DNA of 64,000 nt from Candidatus Heimdallarchaeota archaeon (GCA_016839945.1 JAEOTE010000025.1:1-64000); one strand, 5' to 3'. Positions 48,013 through 57,467 are shown, counted from the stretch's first letter. Made by a program: numbers and translations. Notes: generated from the sequence alone by a model not told the origin.

Positions 48013-49059
48013 TTACTTCTTTGAAGAGGATTTCTTTGTTTTAGTAGATGATTTAGTCTTAGTTGTCGTTTTTGATTTTGGTTTTGTTTCAGTTTTCTTC
48101 TTTGCAGTTGTCTTAGGTTTGGTTGTAGTCTTGGGTTTTGGTTTGGTTGTAGTCTTAGGTTTTGGTTTTGCTACAGCTTTAGGTTTAGGTTTGGTTGTAG
48201 TCTTGGGTTTAGGTTTGGTTGTAGTCTTGGGTTTTGGTTTAGTTGTAGTCTTGGGTTTTGGTTTAGTTGTAGTCTTGGGTTTTGGTTTAGTTGTAGTCTT
48301 AGGTTTTGGTTTTGCTTCAGCTTTAGGTTTAGGTTTAGCTTCTACCTTGGTTTTTGGCTTAGCTTCTACTTTGGTTTTTGGCTTAACTTCTACCTTAGGT
48401 TTAGGTTTAGCTTCTACTTTGGTTTTTGGCTTTTTCACAACCTTCTTTTCTCTTTTAGGAACAATATCTGAAAGTCTAAGTCTGGAAGTTGATTTTATTA
48501 CTACACGATAATAAGATCCTGATTCTCCCATAAGTGGATTTCTTATAATTTTTATAACATCTCCAGGTTTTGCTTGTATCGCTTTAACAGCAGGATCTGT
48601 TTCCAATACTTTTGGAATTTGATGTTTTTCAATCTGATATTGTTTTAAGAAAGTATTAATCTCTCTGGAATTTAATCTCAAGTGCTGCGGTACATGTTCA
48701 TGATCAAAAATATTAAACAGAGGATTTGTACTGCTAATAATTTCAATTCCTAGCTTAACTGATTCTTTCTTTGCATAATGAGTCAAGGGAGCTTCTGCAA
48801 TTAATAATGCATTATCAATTTCATCTTCTTCTTGAAGTTTTCCTAAAATTCTGATTGTTTTTACTCCAATTTGGGGATTTTTAGGAAATCTTGCAATAAC
48901 ATTTGCTTTTCCACCATCTTCAACAGTCATTAGACCGTAGACATCAAGATAATCATCATCTTCTTTAGTCTTATCAATTTTAAAGCCTCGAAACTCAAGA
49001 ATTTCTTTGACTCCCTTAACAATTCTTTTTTCTTTAGCTTGTTGTTCTTTGGATACCAA
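48013..49059 (-). CDS. rpo5: RNA polymerase subunit Rpo5/RpoH with RPB5-like N-terminal domain and Lys-rich repeat tail
   Basis: Core [12 protein letters not shown]...IPKV..TDP......[10 protein letters not shown]...YYRVV; N-terminal [13 protein letters not shown]; KPKPKTTT repeats. Confidence 0.88.
   Translation of the reverse strand: MVSKEQQAKEKRIVKGVKEILEFRGFKIDKTKEDDDYLDVYGLMTVEDGGKANVIARFPKNPQIGVKTIRILGKLQEEDEIDNALLIAEAPLTHYAKKESVKLGIEIISSTNPLFNIFDHEHVPQHLRLNSREINTFLKQYQIEKHQIPKVLETDPAVKAIQAKPGDVIKIIRNPLMGESGSYYRVVIKSTSRLRLSDIVPKREKKVVKKPKTKVEAKPKPKVEVKPKTKVEAKPKTKVEAKPKPKAEAKPKPKTTTKPKPKTTTKPKPKTTTKPKPKTTTKPKPKTTTKPKPKAVAKPKPKTTTKPKPKTTTKPKTTAKKKTETKPKSKTTTKTKSSTKTKKSSSKK
48100..48432 (-). 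repeat. coding tandem repeat of about 24 bp (KPKPKTTT / KPKTKVEA octapeptides)
   Basis: Units such as ttggttgtagtcttgggttttggt, about a dozen imperfect copies. Confidence 0.9.
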
Positions 49060-49121
49060 GAGAGTTACCTCGCCATCCCTTTTTTTCTATGAATTTAAAA
49101 TTTTTTGACAAGTGAGAGCTT

Positions 49122-49487
49122 TCACTTTTCTTTTTCTTCTTCTTTTTTCGATTTTATTCGGATGTAGTAAGAACCGTCCTTATTTCTTGCAATGATTGGG
49201 TCATCATCATTAGATTCAACAATTAATTTATCAACGTCTACTTCAAAAACACCTTCTTTTGTCAAACGAATAGCTTCTAATCCCTCTTGAATGTCAGTAT
49301 CTTTTATTTCCCTATCTATAATAAGATCTAATTCGTGTTCTACCCTCTCATCACCTGAAGGTTCTCTGAATGTTTTAAATTTAAAAGATCCACAATATGG
49401 ACAACCATTAACAATTATTTCTGTGGATAATGCTAATTCTTTCTCGCAAATCGCACATATTGTTTTCTTTTTGGTTTGTTCTGACAT
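49122..49487 (-). CDS. oapC: Zn-ribbon protein, DUF2072 (OapC-like)
   Basis: CAIC...I..GCPYCGS.KF; E.IR....G.FE.D...L; GSY.I. Confidence 0.75.
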   Translation of the reverse strand: MSEQTKKKTICAICEKELALSTEIIVNGCPYCGSFKFKTFREPSGDERVEHELDLIIDREIKDTDIQEGLEAIRLTKEGVFEVDVDKLIVESNDDDPIIARNKDGSYYIRIKSKKEEEKEK

Positions 49488-49527
49488 TAAATATCACATT
49501 CTTCTCCATAATCTAATACACAAAGTT

Positions 49528-50382
49528 TTACTCCATTTTAATGCTTGAATTATATAGAAATTTTTCATTATATCCACAATTATTACATCCTTTTTCCTGA
49601 AGATCTTCAATCATTTTGTAATCCCCACCTTCACCAATATAATATATTTCGCCACATTCACACAAGTAAGGATAAGGAAGCACATTGCTTTCTCTATAAT
49701 ACAATGGACCAAAATAATGATCTGAAATTGTTTCCTTCGAATCTGGTTTAGCTTGTAGTATATATAAATCCGAACTTTTTCTGTCTAAAGGTGTCTTAAC
49801 ATCGTACTTATTAAAATTAGGGAGAACTTCTATTAACTCAAGTTTCATCTTATCTATCATTTTCTGAATTAACTCTTTTTTTTCTTCCTCAATATCAAAA
49901 GAGAAAAATATTTGAGCTTTATCATCTTTTTTTGCACATTGAACAGCTCTTGACAGACCTAGTTCTAATCCTTCTTTTGTCATGGATGGTTCAATGAAAA
50001 TATAATCAAACTGATTCTTCAATACGTTTATCATACGTATTCTGATGTCATGATTGATATATCGAATTGTACGTATTTTATGTTTAAATTTCATTTTAAA
50101 TACGATCTCAGGCACTCTCTTATCAATGTCTAGAACAGCTAAATCCTTTGGCTTTGACATTATTCCTATACTTAGTGCAGTAAGATCCATATCACCAAGT
50201 AAGATAACTCGTTTTCCATCATAATCTTCTGGATTAACAAGTAGAGATCTCTGTAAGCTTGTTTTTTCTGTTATATAATACTGATCGAGTTCCTGATTAG
50301 GCCCCCCCCTATAATTCTTTAGTATGCTATAAGCATCAGATATTTTTTGTTTAAGTTCTCCTTCTAAAGAATGGATTGTCAT
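49528..50382 (-). CDS. branched-chain polyamine synthase (BpsA/DUF43)-like protein with C-terminal Zn ribbon
   Basis: LDQ.Y.T, LLGDMDLT.L (cf. GDDDLTS), VLDIDKR, FD.IF.EP..T..G; CECG...CNNC. Confidence 0.72.
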   Translation of the reverse strand: MTIHSLEGELKQKISDAYSILKNYRGGPNQELDQYYITEKTSLQRSLLVNPEDYDGKRVILLGDMDLTALSIGIMSKPKDLAVLDIDKRVPEIVFKMKFKHKIRTIRYINHDIRIRMINVLKNQFDYIFIEPSMTKEGLELGLSRAVQCAKKDDKAQIFFSFDIEEEKKELIQKMIDKMKLELIEVLPNFNKYDVKTPLDRKSSDLYILQAKPDSKETISDHYFGPLYYRESNVLPYPYLCECGEIYYIGEGGDYKMIEDLQEKGCNNCGYNEKFLYNSSIKME

Positions 50383-50420
50383 TGCATGTTTCTGTACGTA
50401 CCAATTTAAAAAAATTTGCC

Positions 50421-50462
50421 ACTTTTTGTTATTTTTTGTTATTTTTTGTTATTTTTTGCTAT
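50421..50462. repeat. intergenic 10-bp tandem repeat (about 4 copies)
   Basis: actttttgtt attttttgtt attttttgtt attttttgct at. Confidence 0.85.
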
Positions 50463-50466
50463 TAGC

Positions 50467-52731
50467 TTAGGAAAGAAATGTTAATTGTTTTAGAACACTG
50501 AACAATTGATCAAGGGGAAGTTGCTGAAGTTTCTTTGAATCTCTAGCTTGTCTTTCTAGTTCTTTCAACAGAATACTATACTCATATGCAGATTTAGCAA
50601 TTTGAGAAAATGCTTGATCAAAATGAGAAATAGTCTGAAGTATATCACTTGCACTTCTTGCGAATTTTGATCCATCAAGAAAATATGAAGCAGATTTGTA
50701 ATTATCTTTGCTGTTACTAGCTCCAAATCCAAGTATTGCAGTTTTAGTGGCTTCAAGAAATTCAATTAATGCATCTGCTAGATTTTTTTTCACTTCTATT
50801 GCAGTCCAATTAATATCTGATGCTTCAGTACCAAATAATTCCTTATGATCTAACAGTTCTTTACAATCTTCTGATATGCGTGAGTTTATTGCATCAAACA
50901 AATCAAAATTGCTAAATGCGTGATTAATAACTGATTCACAATTAGCTTTAATGGTTGGTTCAGCAGAATTAGCAAGATTATAACCTTGAGCGAGTTTATC
51001 AATAACTGTGTTCAAGAAGAGAAATTGTCTGGTTAATTCAAACAGACGTAGCTCAACATCTTGTCCTTGTATGAATGTTTGACTATATCTTTGCTCCACC
51101 CAAACGCTATCAATATTTGATTCACCACTTAATTGAGATATTTCTAATGCTTTTGTTGAGAAGTAATGAGCTTTTGCATGATATATCAAATCTAGCACTT
51201 CATTCACTTCCTTATCCTTAAGATATAATTCAAGATTAATTGAATTTGCAATGAACTCCAAGCATTCAATATCTTTAACAATATAGACTTTCCTTTCTGT
51301 TTTCGGGAGGAAGTATGCTGACAATTTTATATTGTTAATATCTTCTAATAGCGTCTCTACATTTTCAACTGTAACTTTCTTCCCTTTTTTCTCCATACTT
51401 CTAAGTTGTTCTGCAATGTCTTTTGTTGCATATTCTAATCTTTCAATAAATCTAGAGAAATTTTGTTCTGCTCTCTTTATTGCCTCTGCATGTGGAACTT
51501 TTTCTAAGATTGATATCTTGATTTCTTGAACATAATTGAGATAAACAAAAGGTAAACTACTTACATAATTTATATTGACTTTTAATCCTGGTCTATTTAC
51601 TATACTCTCGATTTGCATAATTGTATCTTGGATTTTTCCATCCTCTTTTGTTGGAATTATATCAATTAGCTGAGAAGTTTTCGCTGCTAATTCTGATATA
51701 CTGTGCCAAAAAGTGTGAAGAGTTTCTTTCTTGATAATTTCTTCTTTAAATTTCAAACTCCAATCATCAATTTTAGTATTTTTTGTTAATATTTCTAGTG
51801 CTTCTTTTTCTAATCCTAAAACTAGATTGAGGTACTCCACGCTAGCTCTAAAACTATCATCCTTTGCTGCTTCAAAGCTTAAGCGTAAATAATGATCAAT
51901 CAATTCATTGTTTCTCAAAGCTTGATTTATAGGTATTTGGTTATTTTTTATTTGCTTAGCTTGTAGTTCTGGATCATCAGTTAACCCTTCATAATTCTCC
52001 AAAGCTTTCCGCAAATGAAACAAACTTCTTTCGAAAACAAAATGCGAAGCTATGGGATCTCTCCACCACCAATCTTCTCCCAATCTGTTTAAGAATTGAG
52101 AAGTGAAAGATACATCAAATCTTGCTTGAGACAGTTCATAGGAACCTCTCTCTTCTAATAATTTCATATTTTCACCACTTTCTGGAGATTCTTCAAGAAG
52201 CTGCAGTAAGTATTGCTTTTGATTTAGTAATAGAAATGCTAGCATAACTTCTTCAATGCTTGATGATTTGGGGTGATTTGAATCAAAATAAGTTTGCGAT
52301 ATACTATTTAGAATTCTATACCCTTCAACATATGATGAGCAATAAACTGGGGAAGGACTCGTTTCAAAAATTCCAGTATTGACGATGTCAGCATAGATTA
52401 TCATTAAAATTGCTAACTCCATTTGAAATTCCTGTAAATTCTCAATCCTGAATGTAAGATTCTCTTTTCTTTGCTTATCTTCTTCAATTTGTGATTTATC
52501 TCTTGTCCATTCATCCAAGTATCTTCTGTATAACAAATGAGATAGAGATGAAACATCAGAAAGTGAATCTGCGCAAAAACGAGAAAAGCTTAACCAGATT
52601 TGATTAATTTCCTCTAATTCATCAATTTGGACAAAAGATTGATAGATTCTTTCTCTTTCAAGTTCCATTAGTACAAATTGTTTGAAGGGTGAGTCTCTAA
52701 GTAGTTCGATTGTTTCTTTTAAAAATAACAT
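50467..52731 (-). CDS. large all-helical hypothetical protein
   Basis: 754-aa ORF, helical-solenoid-like composition. Confidence 0.75.
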   Translation of the reverse strand: MLFLKETIELLRDSPFKQFVLMELERERIYQSFVQIDELEEINQIWLSFSRFCADSLSDVSSLSHLLYRRYLDEWTRDKSQIEEDKQRKENLTFRIENLQEFQMELAILMIIYADIVNTGIFETSPSPVYCSSYVEGYRILNSISQTYFDSNHPKSSSIEEVMLAFLLLNQKQYLLQLLEESPESGENMKLLEERGSYELSQARFDVSFTSQFLNRLGEDWWWRDPIASHFVFERSLFHLRKALENYEGLTDDPELQAKQIKNNQIPINQALRNNELIDHYLRLSFEAAKDDSFRASVEYLNLVLGLEKEALEILTKNTKIDDWSLKFKEEIIKKETLHTFWHSISELAAKTSQLIDIIPTKEDGKIQDTIMQIESIVNRPGLKVNINYVSSLPFVYLNYVQEIKISILEKVPHAEAIKRAEQNFSRFIERLEYATKDIAEQLRSMEKKGKKVTVENVETLLEDINNIKLSAYFLPKTERKVYIVKDIECLEFIANSINLELYLKDKEVNEVLDLIYHAKAHYFSTKALEISQLSGESNIDSVWVEQRYSQTFIQGQDVELRLFELTRQFLFLNTVIDKLAQGYNLANSAEPTIKANCESVINHAFSNFDLFDAINSRISEDCKELLDHKELFGTEASDINWTAIEVKKNLADALIEFLEATKTAILGFGASNSKDNYKSASYFLDGSKFARSASDILQTISHFDQAFSQIAKSAYEYSILLKELERQARDSKKLQQLPLDQLFSVLKQLTFLS

Positions 52732-52831
52732 TAATTATCTGTAAGAGTGTTAGTAAAAAAATATTTTGACGTTAAATACATTTATTCTTTTAGGAAAAAA
52801 ACTAAGTATAATCCTATAATCTTGTAGATTT

Positions 52832-53062
52832 TTATTCAGGTTTATACCACTTGGGTTCTTTCATTTCTCCAAGTCTTTTATTAAACTCTTGAACTAGTTT
52901 TCTTGCTATAATTGTAGTTTCTGCAGGATAATGTTTGGATTTGCTCAATTGTATTCTCCTGCCACAATAAGGGCACATTTTTGTCTTTTGTTTAGCTTTA
53001 CAATAACTGAATCTACTACATTTTAAATTACTACACCTTACAACAATAAACTCGGTAGACAT
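52832..53062 (-). CDS. DUF1922-like Zn-ribbon protein
   Basis: VVRC...C...Y.....KT..CPYCG. Confidence 0.75.
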   Translation of the reverse strand: MSTEFIVVRCSNLKCSRFSYCKAKQKTKMCPYCGRRIQLSKSKHYPAETTIIARKLVQEFNKRLGEMKEPKWYKPE

Positions 53063-53067
53063 TTCTC

Positions 53068-53481
53068 CTATTCTCCTATAATAGTTACAGCTACTGTTCT
53101 AGATCTTGATCGAACATCCAAGCAAACAAATACTGGTTGTTGCCATGTTCCTAGTTTTAAATTTCCATTTTGGATTGAGATAGATAGACTTGGACCTATC
53201 AAAGATGCACGTAGATGGGAATGTGCATTAGAATCAATCATATCATGCTTATATCCTGCACCTTTTGGAACTAATTTTTCCAGTATCTCTCGAAAATCTT
53301 CAAGTACTCTCGATTCAAACTCAATAGCTGTTAAAGCTCCAGTAGAACCGATTACATTTGCTAGAAGTACCCCTTCCTTAATATTTGATTCTGCTACATA
53401 TTTACTAAATTGTGATGTTAAATCTATAATATCTATTTCACCCTTAGTCTGAAATTGTAAAAGTTTACTAATAACTTGCAT
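53068..53481 (-). CDS. YjbQ/UPF0047 family protein
   Basis: Y.H....NAHSHLRASLIGPS, LGTWQ; ATG at 53481 preferred. Confidence 0.92.
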   Translation of the reverse strand: MQVISKLLQFQTKGEIDIIDLTSQFSKYVAESNIKEGVLLANVIGSTGALTAIEFESRVLEDFREILEKLVPKGAGYKHDMIDSNAHSHLRASLIGPSLSISIQNGNLKLGTWQQPVFVCLDVRSRSRTVAVTIIGE

Positions 53482-53581
53482 ATAAAGCACCAATAATTTG
53501 TTGTTCTCTATAATATCAATAAATATTCTCTTAAAAATTAATTGATTCAATTATAAAAATCGAGATTCCTATTTTTTATGA

Positions 53582-54202
53582 TTATGAATTTGGTATTTGA
53601 CGAATTACATTGTTATATAGTAATCCCTTAGCTGCTTTTTCAGCGTCATTTTCAGATAGTTTCATTAGTTTCACTATATCATTTAATGTGGCTGATCCTT
53701 TGTATTTTAGCAATGAGAGTACCTTTTCTTGTTGAGGACTGAATATCTGTGCCGCATCTCTCCTTATAGTCAGTGGATTAAGTTCTAATTTAGATTCTGA
53801 TAAATTACTTAGAGGTTTGCTATACTTTTTTAGTTGTTTGTCAACGAAATGTTTCATTATCGAATACTGTTCAACCCTCCCATTCCAATCAGTTAATGAT
53901 TCTGAAAAGCGATTATGGAATTCATTCTGGATATCTTCCAGATTTTGTCTAATAGTTTTTTCATCATCACTACTATCTACACAAGCTACTGTAACAGTTT
54001 GATTACCAGTTATGTAAATGAACTTATAACTAGCGGTTTGAAGATAATCACAACCTTTGTCGATATTTTGAGCAAAAATCTCAATAGCACTCAAGAAGCT
54101 AGTAATTAAATTCTCATCATGATCTATGCTACCATACTTTCTATGATATAGACATTCGCCTGTATCTTTTGCAATCCATATATTATGTAGCATAGAATTC
54201 AA
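53582..54202 (-). CDS. longin-like domain protein with C-terminal winged helix-turn-helix
   Basis: IWI...TG.CLY.RKY....DENLITSFLSAI..FA; L..I...F...F; C-terminal wHTH pattern. Confidence 0.72.
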   Translation of the reverse strand: MNSMLHNIWIAKDTGECLYHRKYGSIDHDENLITSFLSAIEIFAQNIDKGCDYLQTASYKFIYITGNQTVTVACVDSSDDEKTIRQNLEDIQNEFHNRFSESLTDWNGRVEQYSIMKHFVDKQLKKYSKPLSNLSESKLELNPLTIRRDAAQIFSPQQEKVLSLLKYKGSATLNDIVKLMKLSENDAEKAAKGLLYNNVIRQIPNS

Positions 54203-54295
54203 GTAGATAAATCATAATCAACACAAAAATGCACATAATACTCAGATATTTTCTCCCAACTATTCACAACCTATTTTTTTCAATAATGAGAATTA

Positions 54296-54763
54296 TTATG
54301 AATCTATACCAAAATCTGTTTTCTTAACTAAAGTAAAACCACAACGAGCACATTTTAACATATAGGAATCTTCCTTTGATCCTCTTCCAGCATGTTCTAG
54401 ATTATATCTACAGTTGGGACATAAAATATCATTTGGTTCTAATGATAATATACGTTCCATTTCTATATTGAAATGTTGCTGTTGATCTATGAGTTCTGAA
54501 GATGTTGAGAGATAAAATCCTTCAGAATATTTGGAGATGATTATAACATCATTACTTTTAATTGGATTGGTCTTAAACCAGTCATCTAAGCCTGTAATCT
54601 TACCCTTTCTTGTTAAATGAGATCCGTAATACTCATCAAAAGATTCAATAAAAAACAGAACTCCCTCTTTGGGAAACATATCTCTATCTTCATCTGATAT
54701 TGTTATAGTTTTTGAGTTGATCTCATCATAAGTCAAATTTTTAACAAGGAAACCCACATGCAC
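54296..54763 (-). CDS. hypothetical protein with possible pseudobarrel domain and C-terminal Zn ribbon
   Basis: ITGLDDWFKTNPIKSNDVIII; CPNC...CARC. Confidence 0.65.
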   Translation of the reverse strand: MHVGFLVKNLTYDEINSKTITISDEDRDMFPKEGVLFFIESFDEYYGSHLTRKGKITGLDDWFKTNPIKSNDVIIISKYSEGFYLSTSSELIDQQQHFNIEMERILSLEPNDILCPNCRYNLEHAGRGSKEDSYMLKCARCGFTLVKKTDFGIDS

Positions 54764-54866
54764 AAATATCTCTCCAGATTAGGCTGATTAGTTCAAATTT
54801 CTTTATAAAAAACTTAGTAGAGGCAATAAAATATTTTTTTCTCGAAAAAAACCGAATATAACTATT

Positions 54867-55796
54867 CTACTTCATTTTTTCTTTTTTTATAGCGATAAGC
54901 TCTTCAGGTACAACTGTTCTAATTCGTCTTGGGGCAACTTCGAACTTAATATTGGTTGCTCCATAATTCACAATCTCTCCTTCTACTTCAACTGGTAAAG
55001 GTTTACTCAATTCTAAGCTAACTTTCTTCCCTCTTATATATTCAACACCTTTCTTTCCTAAATGTTTTCCAGGTTTTAAAACATTTAGTAAATAATATTG
55101 TCTTAATTTTCTGATATCTCCAGCGTAACATATGGCAAAATCTTCATAGAAATGATAATTATCGGGTAACATATGAAATCCTCCCCCAAAGCGACTTCCA
55201 AAACCTACAGAAATTATTAATAATTTAAAACTAATTTCATCATTATCATCAATTTGAAATTTTGTTGGCACCAGTCTATATTTACCAATACCTTTGAAAG
55301 CAAGATAATAGTACTTCGCAAATCCTCTCAACCATTTTGCGTCTGTAAAAGATGAAACAGAGATTGTTGCTCCAGCACCTGTATCAACAATATTGACAAA
55401 GTATCTCTTATCATCATCAGCTTGCGCTATACCAACCCCTAAATCGAGTGTATTTCCCTTTTCTAAAATATCCAAACTTCGATGATAATTATCATCATAC
55501 TTAAGGCCAAGAGCATGATCATTTCCATTTCCTAAAGGTAGTATCCCGAACTTGTTGTCTAATTCATAAAGACCATTAGCTACTTCGTTTACTGTACCAT
55601 CTCCACCTGTTGCTACCACACAATCAAAATCTTTTCCTTTATCTCTTGCTAATTCAATTGCGTGCTTTGGAGATTTTGTAAAAATACTTTCGTAGTCGAA
55701 ATTTCTTTTCTTAATCTCATCTTCTACCTTTGGCCATAGTTTCCCTATTAGACCATTATGAGCTTGAGGATTAACTATGAATAAATGCGAAACCAT
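54867..55796 (-). CDS. diacylglycerol/lipid kinase family protein (DAGK/YegS-like)
   Basis: IVNP, GGDGTVNEV.NG, GILPLGNGND, FGGG, VEGE. Confidence 0.92.
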   Translation of the reverse strand: MVSHLFIVNPQAHNGLIGKLWPKVEDEIKKRNFDYESIFTKSPKHAIELARDKGKDFDCVVATGGDGTVNEVANGLYELDNKFGILPLGNGNDHALGLKYDDNYHRSLDILEKGNTLDLGVGIAQADDDKRYFVNIVDTGAGATISVSSFTDAKWLRGFAKYYYLAFKGIGKYRLVPTKFQIDDNDEISFKLLIISVGFGSRFGGGFHMLPDNYHFYEDFAICYAGDIRKLRQYYLLNVLKPGKHLGKKGVEYIRGKKVSLELSKPLPVEVEGEIVNYGATNIKFEVAPRRIRTVVPEELIAIKKEKMK

Positions 55797-55844
55797 AGTA
55801 GAGAAAAGTATAGGCTGTATTTAAAGTTTAACTAGAAACAGGTG

Positions 55845-55934
55845 TGGAGCCTTAGAGGGGAGTTGAACCCCTGTCCTGTGATTTTCTCGATAGATTTACG
55901 AGATCACTGCTCTGGACCGCTGAGCTACCAAGGC
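55845..55934 (-). tRNA. tRNA-Thr(CGT) with 13-nt canonical intron, CCA encoded
   Basis: Acceptor GCCTTGG/CTAAGGC, U73; GTGAT-CT-CGT-A[intron 55884-55896]A-ATCAC; BHB helix CTCG/CGAG; T loop TTCAACT. Confidence 0.95.
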
Positions 55935-56064
55935 TGCTTTTTTATTTTAGATTAAACTTATAGATTTTATGAGTATCGATAAAGTAGAAGGCTAATAATG
56001 TAAATGATTAATAGCCAACAAAACAAGGAAATTGATGGTAATTTCCATCTTTAGAATTTATGAA

Positions 56065-57288
56065 CTAATCAAGTGGAAATCTTGCGTACCCTCGAAATTC
56101 TATCCAGTCCTTTAAATGATCCTCAATAATTTCTTGAATTGCGTCTTGATCAAGATTTCTAGCCATCTCTTCGTCAGGAGTTAGAATTGCCATAATATAA
56201 CGATCTTCTTTGAATTTCAAATCACGTAGAATAAATATTTCATTTGTTCCATCATCTAGTGAATACCTTCTTATTCTTAAGAATGGTTCACGTAATCTAT
56301 CGATATTCTCAATAGCTTCATAATATGCGTTATGAGCTAAATCCTCTAGTTCTTGCTTTATGGAATGTTGAGCAAAACATACATTTATGCTATAATCATA
56401 TAATCCAAAGAAATCTGCTTTTAATTGTTCAACAACATTTTGTGATGCTTCTTTTACGCCTTCTTGAATAAGAGATATTTCTCTAAATATGTGTGAAAAT
56501 GCCCCTAAAATAGATGATCTTATTTTTACACTTGTTCTGAACATATCTTTAGCCGGTTCAAAAAATGGACAATTATTTGTCATATAGTCTGTAATAGATT
56601 CGAAAACATCTAGAGATTTAGTGTCTATTTCGTATTCAGGATCAGATTTGTGAAAGAATATCTTCCATGGAACTTTAAGTTTCAGATTATTTGTAACGTT
56701 TATTATCTGCTTTAGATACTCAAAACTTTCCTCAAACCTATCCTTTGCTTGAACATCGATCACAAAAAGGATTATGTCTGTACCTACAAAGTACTGATCT
56801 GGATTTTCTAGATAATCTTCTCGATAAATACTTTGTCCTCCTAATTCATGAATAAAAATATCCATCTTAAAAACATCAATTTTTTCACGAAGTAGTCCCC
56901 TAGTTGGTGCTAAAGCATATAATTTCTGGAACAAAGATGATAGTGTGCTTCTATGTTTCAAAGCTATAGATAATGATGTTTTTCCTGCATTATCGATTCC
57001 AACCATAACTATCTTTGCACCTGCACTGACCTTTTCTTTTTCTTCTACTAAAACAAGTCTACTTGCAGCAATCCAACTGTTTATCCTTTCTTTAGGAATC
57101 TTCTTTGCAATCTTATCGTAATGGTCACTCCATTTGTCTGAAAGATCTTCAATTGTTTCTAGTTGAAATCCTTTCAATAGTTCGACTTCATCTTCATTAA
57201 TATCTAAGAGAGCTATTATTGGAAGTTTTTTCAGATCTTCCTTGCTTCTATATTCTTCTTTTAGGAGTTTGTCACGTATTTCAGACAT
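56065..57288 (-). CDS. Arf/Rag-like small GTPase with N-terminal HhH-like and C-terminal roadblock/longin-like domains
   Basis: GIDNAGKTS, PT.G, ELGGQ..YR, LFVID, HKSD, RTS. Confidence 0.82.
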   Translation of the reverse strand: MSEIRDKLLKEEYRSKEDLKKLPIIALLDINEDEVELLKGFQLETIEDLSDKWSDHYDKIAKKIPKERINSWIAASRLVLVEEKEKVSAGAKIVMVGIDNAGKTSLSIALKHRSTLSSLFQKLYALAPTRGLLREKIDVFKMDIFIHELGGQSIYREDYLENPDQYFVGTDIILFVIDVQAKDRFEESFEYLKQIINVTNNLKLKVPWKIFFHKSDPEYEIDTKSLDVFESITDYMTNNCPFFEPAKDMFRTSVKIRSSILGAFSHIFREISLIQEGVKEASQNVVEQLKADFFGLYDYSINVCFAQHSIKQELEDLAHNAYYEAIENIDRLREPFLRIRRYSLDDGTNEIFILRDLKFKEDRYIMAILTPDEEMARNLDQDAIQEIIEDHLKDWIEFRGYARFPLD

Positions 57289-57467
57289 CTTTCTTCTTTC
57301 TCCAGAGTAGGTTGTGTGTTTAAAGTCTTATTATTACAATAATCACTCTGTCAAATAAGAATTTTGTTAACAATGTAATCATGAAAATTTGTTTACATCT
57401 TCTTTGAAGAAATAAAGTTTAAAAAGGCAAAAGCTAGCGCTTTAATAAATCGAAAGGTGTATACGAA

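Noticed and set aside
48100-48432. Possible CRISPR array
   Set aside because: Contiguous in-frame coding repeats with no unique spacers and no cas genes.
48119-48511. 130-aa hydrophobic + strand ORF (VVVLGFGL repeats)
   Set aside because: Antisense shadow of the KPKPKTTT repeat in rpo5.
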